IMG/VR virus record: IMGVR_UViG_3300020045_003630
Coordinates: 1-32,169 of that record
Direction: 5' to 3' (one strand)
From: a virus
Lineage: Duplodnaviria; Caudoviricetes
DNA length: 32,169 nt
The translations under genes were made by a program, and so were the position numbers. The notes beneath the pieces were generated by a model, which did not search any database, was not told where the DNA came from, and saw nothing but the letters and a program-made list of their open reading frames with translations. Shown in pieces: positions 17,162 through 25,576 of this stretch. Positions within the stretch are counted from its first letter, which is position 1; each line of letters starts with the position of its first letter.

Positions 17162-17998
17162 TTGAAACCTAAAGTTAAAGATAGCAGAACATCTCTTTTC
17201 AAAGCAACATATAACGATAAGAGAGAGTATATAAGTCAAGCTATAAAAGATAAGTTCAATGAAGATCAGAAGTATTGTTATGTAACAGACTTTGATGACA
17301 CTCATGTCTACTTTGAAGTTAATGATTACTCTGATGGTGGTTCTTATGAAGAGACATTAAAGCTAAGTTATTCCATGGATGGAGTTAATGTTACTCTTGG
17401 TAATGAAGAGCCTATCAAGGTAGTTAGAGAGAGTGTTTACACTGAAGTATCCGATATGGATAAAGAGGTAGACAAATCAATTACAAAGACCATTGTAGAA
17501 GCGATTAAAGATGGTTTTAAGAGCCTTACATCATCAAGTGATACTAACGTATCAGCAAGCATCAAAGCCTTTAAAAAGGATAACTCAGGTGTTCATAGAA
17601 TAGAGAAGTTTAACGAGATGTTGCAAATTTCTTATGACCCTTTGTATTGTGGCCCTTGTGTAGCTGACTCTGATGGGGAGGCTATGAGTGAAGAGACTAT
17701 CATAAAGATGGTTGAGTCAGTAAACAAAGGAATCAAAAACAAGACACTAAAGCCTGTTCTCTTTCATAAGATAGAAACAAAGTCTTTTGAGTTTATTGAA
17801 GCTTTTGTAAATCCTTGGCCTACAGCATATATAAATGCTGTAGAGATCATGAAGGGTCAGCCAGTACTTGTTACTCATTATCTTAATGAAGCAGCTTGGG
17901 AACTCAGGAAATCAGGTAAGATTATGGGGCCAAGTGTTGGTGCTGTAGCTATGAAAGTGGTTGATGTTAAAGATGACGTGGATGAGGTGATAATCTGA
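17162..17998 (+). CDS. Prohead protease (XkdF-like serine protease)
   Basis: Y.P..ADSDGE.MS.E.I, LFH, W.L.KSG.I.G.SVG; follows the portal gene. Confidence 0.8.
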   Translation: MKPKVKDSRTSLFKATYNDKREYISQAIKDKFNEDQKYCYVTDFDDTHVYFEVNDYSDGGSYEETLKLSYSMDGVNVTLGNEEPIKVVRESVYTEVSDMDKEVDKSITKTIVEAIKDGFKSLTSSSDTNVSASIKAFKKDNSGVHRIEKFNEMLQISYDPLYCGPCVADSDGEAMSEETIIKMVESVNKGIKNKTLKPVLFHKIETKSFEFIEAFVNPWPTAYINAVEIMKGQPVLVTHYLNEAAWELRKSGKIMGPSVGAVAMKVVDVKDDVDEVII

Positions 17999-18744
17999 TG
18001 AGTGACCTTGATAAGCTAAAAGTACAAACAATAAAAAGACCAAAGATAAAGAGGTATCTTGAAGAGGTACACTTTGACTTTGAAGAGACTGATGGGTCTC
18101 TTGGGCCGCATATTGCTATGACATCTGGCCTTGGAGCAGCAAGTCTAATGAATACACCTTTCATGCTTAAGTCTATGAATAGTGATAAGGCTCTTAAGTC
18201 AGTGGCCCTTACAGAAGAGGAAGTAGAGATTCTTAAAGCCATTGGGGAATGGCCTGTAGAAGGCTCTGTTGATAACACAATCAAACCTACTAACAAAACA
18301 AACAATAAAACTATTAAGGAAAACGATCACATGGATGAAAAAGTAGCAGCTCAGATGGCTTTGCTGACCAAAGAAATGGCAGAGCTTAAGAAAACAAATA
18401 ATATTCTAATTTCAAAAGGTCTTATTAAAGACTTTGGCTTTTCTGATGATGTATGTACTGCTGTAGCTGAGATCCTTGCAGATATTCCTACAGAGAATAG
18501 AGAACTTCTTGTAAAGGCTTTTGAGGTTGCTCAGTCTAAGGTTGTTGCTAAAGCTGTAGTAGTTCCTGCTGTAGTTGAGAATCCTCTTGCTAAACTGCTT
18601 GATAAAGAAGCTGGCTTTGAGGATGAGACATCCAAGAATGAGATTGAGAAAGATACTAATGTTCCTGTAGAGAAAACTCTCGTTGAAAAACTCGCAGAGT
18701 CCACCGCCAAAAGAAATGCTGTAAAGATTAAGGAGACTAAATAA
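17998..18744 (+). CDS. Scaffold protein (possible internal start at 18331)
   Basis: Charged helical C-terminal half; position between protease and decoration/MCP; TGATG overlap. Confidence 0.7.
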   Translation: MSDLDKLKVQTIKRPKIKRYLEEVHFDFEETDGSLGPHIAMTSGLGAASLMNTPFMLKSMNSDKALKSVALTEEEVEILKAIGEWPVEGSVDNTIKPTNKTNNKTIKENDHMDEKVAAQMALLTKEMAELKKTNNILISKGLIKDFGFSDDVCTAVAEILADIPTENRELLVKAFEVAQSKVVAKAVVVPAVVENPLAKLLDKEAGFEDETSKNEIEKDTNVPVEKTLVEKLAESTAKRNAVKIKETK

Positions 18745-18745
18745 T

Positions 18746-19408
18746 ATGCCAGCCGTTACAAACTCTACAAGTCGTAAAATGTACTCTGAACTTGTTAAAG
18801 GTGTAGATACTTATCAGAATGATGCAGGTGTAGATTTTTGCTTTGCAACTGTAAATGTTAAAGGTAGTGCCACTATTGATCCTATTGGAACAATGCTTGA
18901 GCTTAATGCTGCTGGTACATTCTTCTATCCTTTGGCTACAAGAACTGCTTGGGAAGCCTCTAAAGCATATACTAAAGGTGCTGTAGTAGTTCCAACTACT
19001 CGTAATGGTCTTGAGTATGTCGCAACTAACTCTGATACATCTGCTGCTACTGAGCCTACATGGCCTCTTAATGTTGGTGGTACTGTAGTAGAGACTGGTG
19101 ATCAGGCTTGGATTGCAAGAGTCCCTTTTAGTCCTTCTGTTCTTTCTCCTCTGCCTAACCAGTCTACTATTTGTGTTACTGTAGGAACAGCAGAAGGTAC
19201 TGGCTTTAATGCTGCTGATGTAACAGTATCAGCTACCTCTCAGAAACTTACTGCTATCTACAGAGGTGCTGCATCTCTTGCTGATGATGGGTTGGAGACT
19301 TCTGGTATTGATGCTGCTGATATTGCATCCTTCAAGGCTGCTCTTGCTAAACAGGGTATATCTTTTGTAGCAAGTTCCACTGATGTAGTATCAACTTACA
19401 TATCTTAA
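18746..19408 (+). CDS. Head decoration/capsid stabilising protein with a CBM-like insert
   Basis: Directly upstream of MCP; RG.A.L..D.L motif; insert WEASKAYTKG...YVA....TS...EPTWP...TV....W. Confidence 0.75.
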   Translation: MPAVTNSTSRKMYSELVKGVDTYQNDAGVDFCFATVNVKGSATIDPIGTMLELNAAGTFFYPLATRTAWEASKAYTKGAVVVPTTRNGLEYVATNSDTSAATEPTWPLNVGGTVVETGDQAWIARVPFSPSVLSPLPNQSTICVTVGTAEGTGFNAADVTVSATSQKLTAIYRGAASLADDGLETSGIDAADIASFKAALAKQGISFVASSTDVVSTYIS

Positions 19409-19455
19409 TTATTTACCCTTCTCTAATTACAATACAATAAAGGAAACATATACAC

Positions 19456-20550
19456 ATGCGTATTACAGGAACTGAACTACCTTCTTTTGAGTTTACTAAA
19501 GCAATGACTACTATGCCTGGGAATCCAAATGCTTTCATTGACCTTACTCCTGGTCTTGATAACATGAGGGTAAAGCCTAACCTCCTTACTGCTCTCCTTG
19601 GTGGTTCTATCGACACAGAGAGCGTTACTACAAATGCAGTAATGTTTGATGTAACAGCTAACTCTGAGACACTACCTGATGGTAAGCCTTACTCTGGAAA
19701 AGGTAAGGACATTACCAAAGATGGATACAGCTCTAAGTACTACACTATTCCTTCTTTTGGTATTCGATGGAATGCTTCTCCTCTTGACTATATGAATAAG
19801 AGGAAACCTCACTCTACTGAGATGATGGATGCAAGTTATGTAGTTGATATGATGACACAGAAAGCAGAGAACTCTTTTGGCCTTCTTGATGAGCTTGCTC
19901 TTGCACAGATGATCACCCTCGATACCAATATTATCAGAGGTGGACCTTTTACTGAGTATAACTTCTACACTGAACTTATGGGAGAAGCACGAGGAGCAAA
20001 GACTGCAATGAATCTTGATGAGGCTGTTGATCATGCTTCTCTATTTAGGATTCAGAAACATCTGCTCCAGCAGTCTCTAATGAGAGCAGGAATGACTGCC
20101 ACAGGTTATATGTGTATTTGTGGTGATACTTTCTTTAATCAGAGGTACGAACTTGAAGGTGATCTTGGTATTGTGAGAGAACTTAGAAGTTCACTCGATC
20201 CTGCAAGTATGCCTATTCCTTCATCTGCAATGGATGGAACAGCATATATGTATGATAACTTTGTAGGTGCTAAGGATGGTATTCTCTATATTAACTACGG
20301 AGCTTCCATTATTGGGGGCACAAAGTTGATAGCTGATACTGATAGCTATCTGATGCCTTTAGGATCTGGTGGGTGGCTTGGTAAGGCTTATGCCCCAGCT
20401 ATTACACAGACCTATGTTAATACTCCTGGGCTTCCTATGTACTCTTGGACTACTTCTGATGAATTCAATGGTATAACGACAGTATATGAGTCGAACTTTT
20501 TGCTTTTTAACAAACGTCCTGAGTTGATAAGAGCATTGATTAATACTTAA
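19456..20550 (+). CDS. Major capsid protein (HK97 fold, lambda gpE-like)
   Basis: 364 aa; DLT......KPNLL, IPSFG, YAPA....YVNT.G..MY, ESN.L....RPELI. Confidence 0.9.
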   Translation: MRITGTELPSFEFTKAMTTMPGNPNAFIDLTPGLDNMRVKPNLLTALLGGSIDTESVTTNAVMFDVTANSETLPDGKPYSGKGKDITKDGYSSKYYTIPSFGIRWNASPLDYMNKRKPHSTEMMDASYVVDMMTQKAENSFGLLDELALAQMITLDTNIIRGGPFTEYNFYTELMGEARGAKTAMNLDEAVDHASLFRIQKHLLQQSLMRAGMTATGYMCICGDTFFNQRYELEGDLGIVRELRSSLDPASMPIPSSAMDGTAYMYDNFVGAKDGILYINYGASIIGGTKLIADTDSYLMPLGSGGWLGKAYAPAITQTYVNTPGLPMYSWTTSDEFNGITTVYESNFLLFNKRPELIRALINT

Positions 20551-20572
20551 TAGATATGTTTAGTTAATATAA

Positions 20573-20604
20573 GGAGGGGTTGGCTTATACTTAGTAACCT
20601 CTCC
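20573..20604 (+). terminator. Stem-loop after MCP (terminator or mRNA stabiliser)
   Basis: GGAGGGGTT...AACCTCTCC 9-bp stem; no U-tract follows. Confidence 0.4.
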
Positions 20605-20632
20605 AATATCCAAGATGTGGGAGAAGGAGGTT

Positions 20633-21070
20633 ATGGCAGAGATAAATAGAGCTACATTAGTCAGTGATGTTAAGTTCTGGATTCTAAGTAGCAATATGGT
20701 TTCAGATACTGACATTGAAAGACTTAATGAAATTATCATAGGAAGAGTTGGTGATGATACTGCTAAGTATTCAGAAGTACTTTATAGATGCTTAGAGATA
20801 ACAGCAAATAAAAACAGTAGTAACTTCTCTGCTACATCCTCTGAATCTAAGAGTAAAGAGAAACTTGGACCATTAGAAATCAATTACTTTAAAGAGTCTT
20901 ATTCAAAAAACCCATGGCCTTCTTGGATTAAGTTTGAGCTGCCTATTATAGCCAGAGACATTGGATACACATTAGCTACCAGGAAATACTTTGATATCTT
21001 AATAAGCCCTGGGGATGAGATTGATATCTTTGATGGTCAAGATAGTACAATAGGATCAGGATATGTTTAA
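20633..21070 (+). CDS. Head-tail adaptor
   Basis: First gene after MCP; KEKLGPLEINY motif; RBS AAGGAGG favours ATG 20633 over 20615. Confidence 0.75.
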   Translation: MAEINRATLVSDVKFWILSSNMVSDTDIERLNEIIIGRVGDDTAKYSEVLYRCLEITANKNSSNFSATSSESKSKEKLGPLEINYFKESYSKNPWPSWIKFELPIIARDIGYTLATRKYFDILISPGDEIDIFDGQDSTIGSGYV

Positions 21071-21437
21071 TAACACAAAGATGCAGTCTAATTTCCTAAG
21101 TCTTATAGCTAAGTTTGGTAAGCCATACACACTCACAAGAAGTACTAAGACTGATGTGTTGATAGACCCTGCTCGACCAACAAAGGGCTATGTCACCATC
21201 AATACTAACTATGCAATCACAGGCTTTGCATCTACTTATGATAGACGACTTGTAAATAGTGATGGCCTTATTAAGATAACTGATATTCCTCTATATGTCT
21301 CTGGTAATGGTATTACTTTCTCTTCTGATAAAACAGATAAGATATCTGATGGAACTAATAGCTACTCTATTGTTAATATCATTAAGTATGATGTTGGTGA
21401 TAAGACTATTTACTATGAGCTTCAATTAAGAAGTTAA
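21063..21437 (+). CDS. Head closure/head-tail joining protein
   Basis: LI.KFG...TL.R, GLI...D, C-terminal YYELQLR. Confidence 0.8.
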   Translation: MFNNTKMQSNFLSLIAKFGKPYTLTRSTKTDVLIDPARPTKGYVTINTNYAITGFASTYDRRLVNSDGLIKITDIPLYVSGNGITFSSDKTDKISDGTNSYSIVNIIKYDVGDKTIYYELQLRS

Positions 21438-21464
21438 CGGAGTCATTACAAGCAATGGAGGAAT

Positions 21465-21887
21465 GTGGCAAATACATTTACAGGATTCAAAGCTGAACTT
21501 GATAAGGAATTTAGTAACGTTAAGGAGGCTATAAGTGAAAGATATAAGCAACATGCTTTAGATTTCCTTGAGTATGTTACATCAGAGCCTCCTCGTGGAA
21601 CTCCTATACTTACAGGATATACATCTAATTCTTGGCATGTGAGTATAAATGATCCCACAAGAAATTCTGTTGGCGAACCAAGCACATTTATTGGTGCAAG
21701 TGTAGCTCAAGCAAGACAAAATGACTCTATTACAGAGTTAAAATCAATTAAAGACATGACAGAGATTAGGAGTATATTCATCTGTAATAACAACCCTTGG
21801 ATTGAAGACCTGGATGGTGGATCATCTACTCAGAATCCAGGTAACTTTATTGAGATGGGTAAGCAGTATAGTGAGTCAAGAGAGTAA
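21465..21887 (+). CDS. Tail completion/neck protein (HK97 gp10-like)
   Basis: TP..TG....SW.VS.N, I.NN.P.I..L..GSS.Q.P.NF. Confidence 0.8.
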   Translation: MANTFTGFKAELDKEFSNVKEAISERYKQHALDFLEYVTSEPPRGTPILTGYTSNSWHVSINDPTRNSVGEPSTFIGASVAQARQNDSITELKSIKDMTEIRSIFICNNNPWIEDLDGGSSTQNPGNFIEMGKQYSESRE

Positions 21888-21900
21888 AATGATTTAACAA

Positions 21901-21929
21901 TTGTTATAAAATCCTTTTTATGATATAAT
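21901..21929 (+). promoter_or_regulatory. Putative sigma70 promoter of the inserted HNH gene
   Basis: TTGTTA-17 nt-TATAAT with TG extended -10. Confidence 0.65.
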
Positions 21930-21965
21930 GTTTAGAAATACAACATTAATCTTAAAGGAGATATT

Positions 21966-22529
21966 ATGGAAAAAAGAGAACTTTCATTAACACAAGGTCG
22001 CTTAAAAGAATTATTACATTATAATCCTGAGACAGGTATTTTTACTTGGGTTAAAGGTAGAGTTAAAAGTAGAGGTGGTAACGCCAAGAAAGGAAAAGTT
22101 GCTGGTACTGCTCATTCAGCAGGATATATACAAATAGCTATAGATAAAAAGCTATACCTGGCACACCGCTTAGCTTTTCTATATGTGGATGGATATATAC
22201 CAGAGAATAATGTAGATCACATTAATAGAATAAGAGATGATAATAGATGGTGTAATTTGAGAGAGGTTAGCCAATCATGTAATTTAAGGAATGCTTCTAT
22301 TAGAATTGCTAATACTTCTGGAGTTACAGGTGTCTCTTGGGATAAAGAGAAAAATAAATGGCGTGCCGCAATACGCGCATCAGGCAGTAATAAATACTTA
22401 GGCTATTTTGAATCTTTTGATGATGCCGTAAGGGCCAGGTGGGAAGCGGAAATCAAGTACGGGTACCCGAATTGTAATAGCTCAAGTTCAGCATACGAAT
22501 ATTTAAGGGAACATAATCTTATACAGTAG
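21966..22529 (+). CDS. Free-standing HNH homing endonuclease with AP2-like domain
   Basis: L.ELL.YNPETG.F.W; AHRLAF...VDHIN..RDDNRW.NLR; NTSGV.GV.W.....KW.A.I...YLG.F. Confidence 0.92.
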   Translation: MEKRELSLTQGRLKELLHYNPETGIFTWVKGRVKSRGGNAKKGKVAGTAHSAGYIQIAIDKKLYLAHRLAFLYVDGYIPENNVDHINRIRDDNRWCNLREVSQSCNLRNASIRIANTSGVTGVSWDKEKNKWRAAIRASGSNKYLGYFESFDDAVRARWEAEIKYGYPNCNSSSSAYEYLREHNLIQ

Positions 22530-22542
22530 GAGGTAAAATAAT

Positions 22543-22944
22543 CTGAATATATTAGAATTAGATGATATGGTTAGGCTTTACCTAATGGAAAATATATCTT
22601 TTCTCCCACCAATATCCTTTGAGAACGAAAATTCTATCCCCCCTGAGGATGGTGTTTGGATGAGATATAGTTTAAAGCAGAATGTTCCTGTAGGAACTAC
22701 TGTTGGCAGGAAAGGTGAAAGGAGATTCAAAAGGATTGGCATGATTTTCTTTCAAGTTTTCATACCAATATACTCGTCATCTTTCAATGGTGCCGAGATC
22801 TGTGAGAAGCTGCTTGAGTTATTTGAAGGCGAACGATTAGGTGAAGCTTGGTTCTTTAACGGTCTCTATAAACCTGGGATAATTTCTGGTGATTCTTTTA
22901 TGTTCAACACCAGTATTGAATTTCGAGTTGATGAAGTAAAATAG
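22543..22944 (+). CDS. Tail terminator-like protein
   Basis: I.FEN....P, W.R, R.G....QVF.P motifs; precedes the tail tube. RBS GGAGGT suggests CTG 22543 (ATG 22567 is the alternative). Confidence 0.78.
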   Translation: MNILELDDMVRLYLMENISFLPPISFENENSIPPEDGVWMRYSLKQNVPVGTTVGRKGERRFKRIGMIFFQVFIPIYSSSFNGAEICEKLLELFEGERLGEAWFFNGLYKPGIISGDSFMFNTSIEFRVDEVK

Positions 22945-22990
22945 ACAAGCACAAAAACAATAACATATAACTAACTGGAATTATTACATT

Positions 22991-24451
22991 ATGGCAAGTG
23001 GGACCAACACCACCGTAGTCTCCTATTGTATAGAAGAAACACCGGGAGTACTACCAGCATCACCTGTTTTTAAAAGTTTAGAAGTAAATGATATAAGCTC
23101 CCTTGGAGCCACAATCACTACAGCAGCACGTAACCCTATTTCAACATCCAGGGGTCAGAAGAAAGGATCAGTAACTGATCTTGACTCAGCAGTAGAACTT
23201 CCCATGGATCTTACCATTGATGCTTTCCTTGACTTTAGTCAGGGAGTTCTTTATTCAAAGTGGTATCAGCAACCACACTTTAAACCTACCGGAGTAACAG
23301 CAACAGGTTATACTGTTCCATCTGGTGGTGCGCTTACTCAGTCAGCTATTATCTTTGCAAGAGGTTTTCTTAATTCTGCTAATAATGGTCTCAAGTTAGT
23401 TGGAGCGAGTTCTACAGCAGGTGAGATAAAGACATCAGGCCTTACTACTGAAACATCCCCCCCGGCTGCTGCTGAGGTAGACCTTGTAGGATTTCAGGGT
23501 GCTTCTGGTGATCTTAAGATTGATGCCTCAGGAAATCTAACATCAACTACACTTAACTTTACCACTCTTGGTCTTCAGGTTGGTCAGTATATTTCTATCG
23601 GTGGATCTGATACTAATACTTACTTTGCTACAGCAGCAGATAAAGGTGAAGCAAGGGTAAGACTCATTGAAGCTAATAAGATTACCCTTGATAATAAGAT
23701 GACTACCTTTGTTGCTGATACAGGTGTTGGTAAGACAATCCAGATTTATATTGGATCTTTTCTTAGAGATGTTCCTGTTAACAGTGCTAACTTTATTACT
23801 GAGACATATACGTTTGAAGCTACTTATGCAAACCTTGGTGATGATTCAGATGAAACTTGGTATGAGTATCCTAAAGGTAACTATGCCAACAGCTTTACTT
23901 ATTCATGGCCTGGACAGTCTCTTGCTACCATATCAACATCCTTTGTTGGACTGGATACCCCAGCAGCAACACAGACCAGAGTAACAGCAACATACCTTAC
24001 ACCGTCTAAAACAACTGCTTTTAACACTACTTCTGACTTTACAAGACTTAGGGTTACAAAGTATGATGAGACTGGTCTTACTACTTTCTTTGATTCACTT
24101 GACCTTACAATAAACAACAATGTAGCATCTCGTAAAGTCATTGGTGTTCTTGGAGCTGCTTTTGTTAATGTTGGATCTCTTGAGATTACTGGAAGTACAA
24201 ATGTTATCTTTACAGATCCCAGAGTAATAGCTGCTGTACGTGGTAATGAGACTGTATCCCTTGATTTCTCTACGAGGAATTCTGATGGTGCAATTCATTA
24301 TAACATTCCAGCAATGACTCTTGGTGGAGCAGATAAGAGTTTCCCAAGGAATGAGAGTATTACCCTTGCTATATCAAGTAATGCTATTGAAGATACTTTC
24401 TTTGGTTTCTCTATTGGTATCACGCATTATCCTTACTTGCCAGCAGCTTAG
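22991..24451 (+). CDS. Major tail tube protein with an internal insertion domain
   Basis: Y..EETPG.LP.SP.F, R.PIS..R...KG...DLD, L.INNN.....IG, G...ITG....F; 486 aa. Confidence 0.88.
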   Translation: MASGTNTTVVSYCIEETPGVLPASPVFKSLEVNDISSLGATITTAARNPISTSRGQKKGSVTDLDSAVELPMDLTIDAFLDFSQGVLYSKWYQQPHFKPTGVTATGYTVPSGGALTQSAIIFARGFLNSANNGLKLVGASSTAGEIKTSGLTTETSPPAAAEVDLVGFQGASGDLKIDASGNLTSTTLNFTTLGLQVGQYISIGGSDTNTYFATAADKGEARVRLIEANKITLDNKMTTFVADTGVGKTIQIYIGSFLRDVPVNSANFITETYTFEATYANLGDDSDETWYEYPKGNYANSFTYSWPGQSLATISTSFVGLDTPAATQTRVTATYLTPSKTTAFNTTSDFTRLRVTKYDETGLTTFFDSLDLTINNNVASRKVIGVLGAAFVNVGSLEITGSTNVIFTDPRVIAAVRGNETVSLDFSTRNSDGAIHYNIPAMTLGGADKSFPRNESITLAISSNAIEDTFFGFSIGITHYPYLPAA

Positions 24452-24499
24452 TTTATAGACTAATAGGTTTAGACCATAGTTTAAAAGGCTTAATAAATT

Positions 24500-24556
24500 T
24501 AACCGAACGGTTATAAAATAACAGTTATAGAATAACAGTTATAAACAGTGGTTAAA
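24500..24556. repeat. Palindrome plus short 14-bp tandem repeats
   Basis: TAACCG-AA-CGGTTA, then GTTATAAAATAACA / GTTATAGAATAACA / GTTATAAACA. Confidence 0.6.
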
Positions 24557-24603
24557 AATGTTCTTTCCCGAATTAGATAGTCAATGTAGTACATAGCGTC
24601 AAA

Positions 24604-24659
24604 TGGTTGGTAAGTTGGTATTATCGGGGTATCAGCTTACCAACCAATCTCACCCCGAT
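24604..24659 (+). ncRNA. Putative cis-acting RNA pseudoknot upstream of the tail chaperone
   Basis: 17-bp stem 24604-24620/24630-24646 with two G-U pairs; loop ATCGGGG is complementary to CCCCGAT at 24653-24659. Confidence 0.6.
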
Positions 24660-24696
24660 CTCATAAAAACAATTTAAATTATGCAGGAGATTTACC

Positions 24697-25197
24697 ATGG
24701 AAGAAAATACTAATTATTCAGAAGCAGATGCAGCAGTAACAAACGAAGTAACTAAAGAGAAGAAAGAAAAGAAGAATCCTTACGCCATGTTCGACATGGA
24801 TGAGTGTATGGAGGAGGATGGTATTTGGGCTGATTATGGCTTGTTTAGAGTGCGTGTAGCAAGGCAGGGTGGTAAGAACACTCTCTACAGTAAAGAGGCT
24901 CTTAAAGTAAGCAAGAAACACAATGCAGCAAGTTTTAAACGTATGGGTAATGAGAAGGCTGCTGTCATCTTGAATGAGCTTTATGTTAAAGGGCTTATTC
25001 GTGGATGGGAGATTTGGGATGAAGATAATGATCAGTGGAAACCTGGTCTATTCGATATAGATACTGGTGAAGTTGTAGAGCCTACCTTTGAGAATATGCT
25101 AAAGACATTTTCTGGGTTTGAGGAGCTACAGCTTGATATACTTAAGCAGTCATCTAATAAAGATAATTACATTAAGGAAGAAGTAGTAAAAAACTAA
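24697..25197 (+). CDS. Tail assembly chaperone (gpG-like)
   Basis: F..D...EE.G.W.DYG..RVRVAR.GG.N, I.GWE; lies between tail tube and tape measure. Confidence 0.88.
   Translation: MEENTNYSEADAAVTNEVTKEKKEKKNPYAMFDMDECMEEDGIWADYGLFRVRVARQGGKNTLYSKEALKVSKKHNAASFKRMGNEKAAVILNELYVKGLIRGWEIWDEDNDQWKPGLFDIDTGEVVEPTFENMLKTFSGFEELQLDILKQSSNKDNYIKEEVVKN
25188..25194 (+). other. -1 programmed ribosomal frameshift site A AAA AAC
   Basis: XXXYYYZ heptamer just before stop TAA. The -1 frame (CTA ATT GAA...) is open into ORF 25218-25562. Confidence 0.85.
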
Positions 25198-25562
25198 TTG
25201 AAGTTCTTTCTTGGCAATTGAGGAAGGGGAAAGCGTATAGGACTATCAAGCAAGGCATTGAAGAGAATCCTTTACGGCCCCTTCCTCCTGAATTTGAGGA
25301 TGTTCCAGAGTTAGATGATCTAAACACTTTATATTGGGATTTGTTTTGGGAGTTATCTACTGAAAGATTAGTAGAGATGGGGCCAATCCCTGGTAGTAAG
25401 ATTATTTACTATGCTAAAGAGTTTGGATTAAACTATGATGATCTTCAAATGGTCATTAGAGCTATGGATGGAACATACCTTGAATATGTCTCGGAAGAAC
25501 GTAATAAGGTAACAGGTAAACATAAGAGTGAGCCATCGACTAACAAAACACCAAAGAGATAG
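25194..25562 (+). CDS. Tail assembly chaperone extension (gpT-like), made as a ~288-aa fusion
   Basis: PEL.....YW..F.EL.TER...MGPIP...I..YA...G...IRAMD..YL; no clear RBS of its own. Confidence 0.85.
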   Translation, partial: LIEVLSWQLRKGKAYRTIKQGIEENPLRPLPPEFEDVPELDDLNTLYWDLFWELSTERLVEMGPIPGSKIIYYAKEFGLNYDDLQMVIRAMDGTYLEYVSEERNKVTGKHKSEPSTNKTPKR

Positions 25563-25576
25563 TCAAGAGGTGTAGT

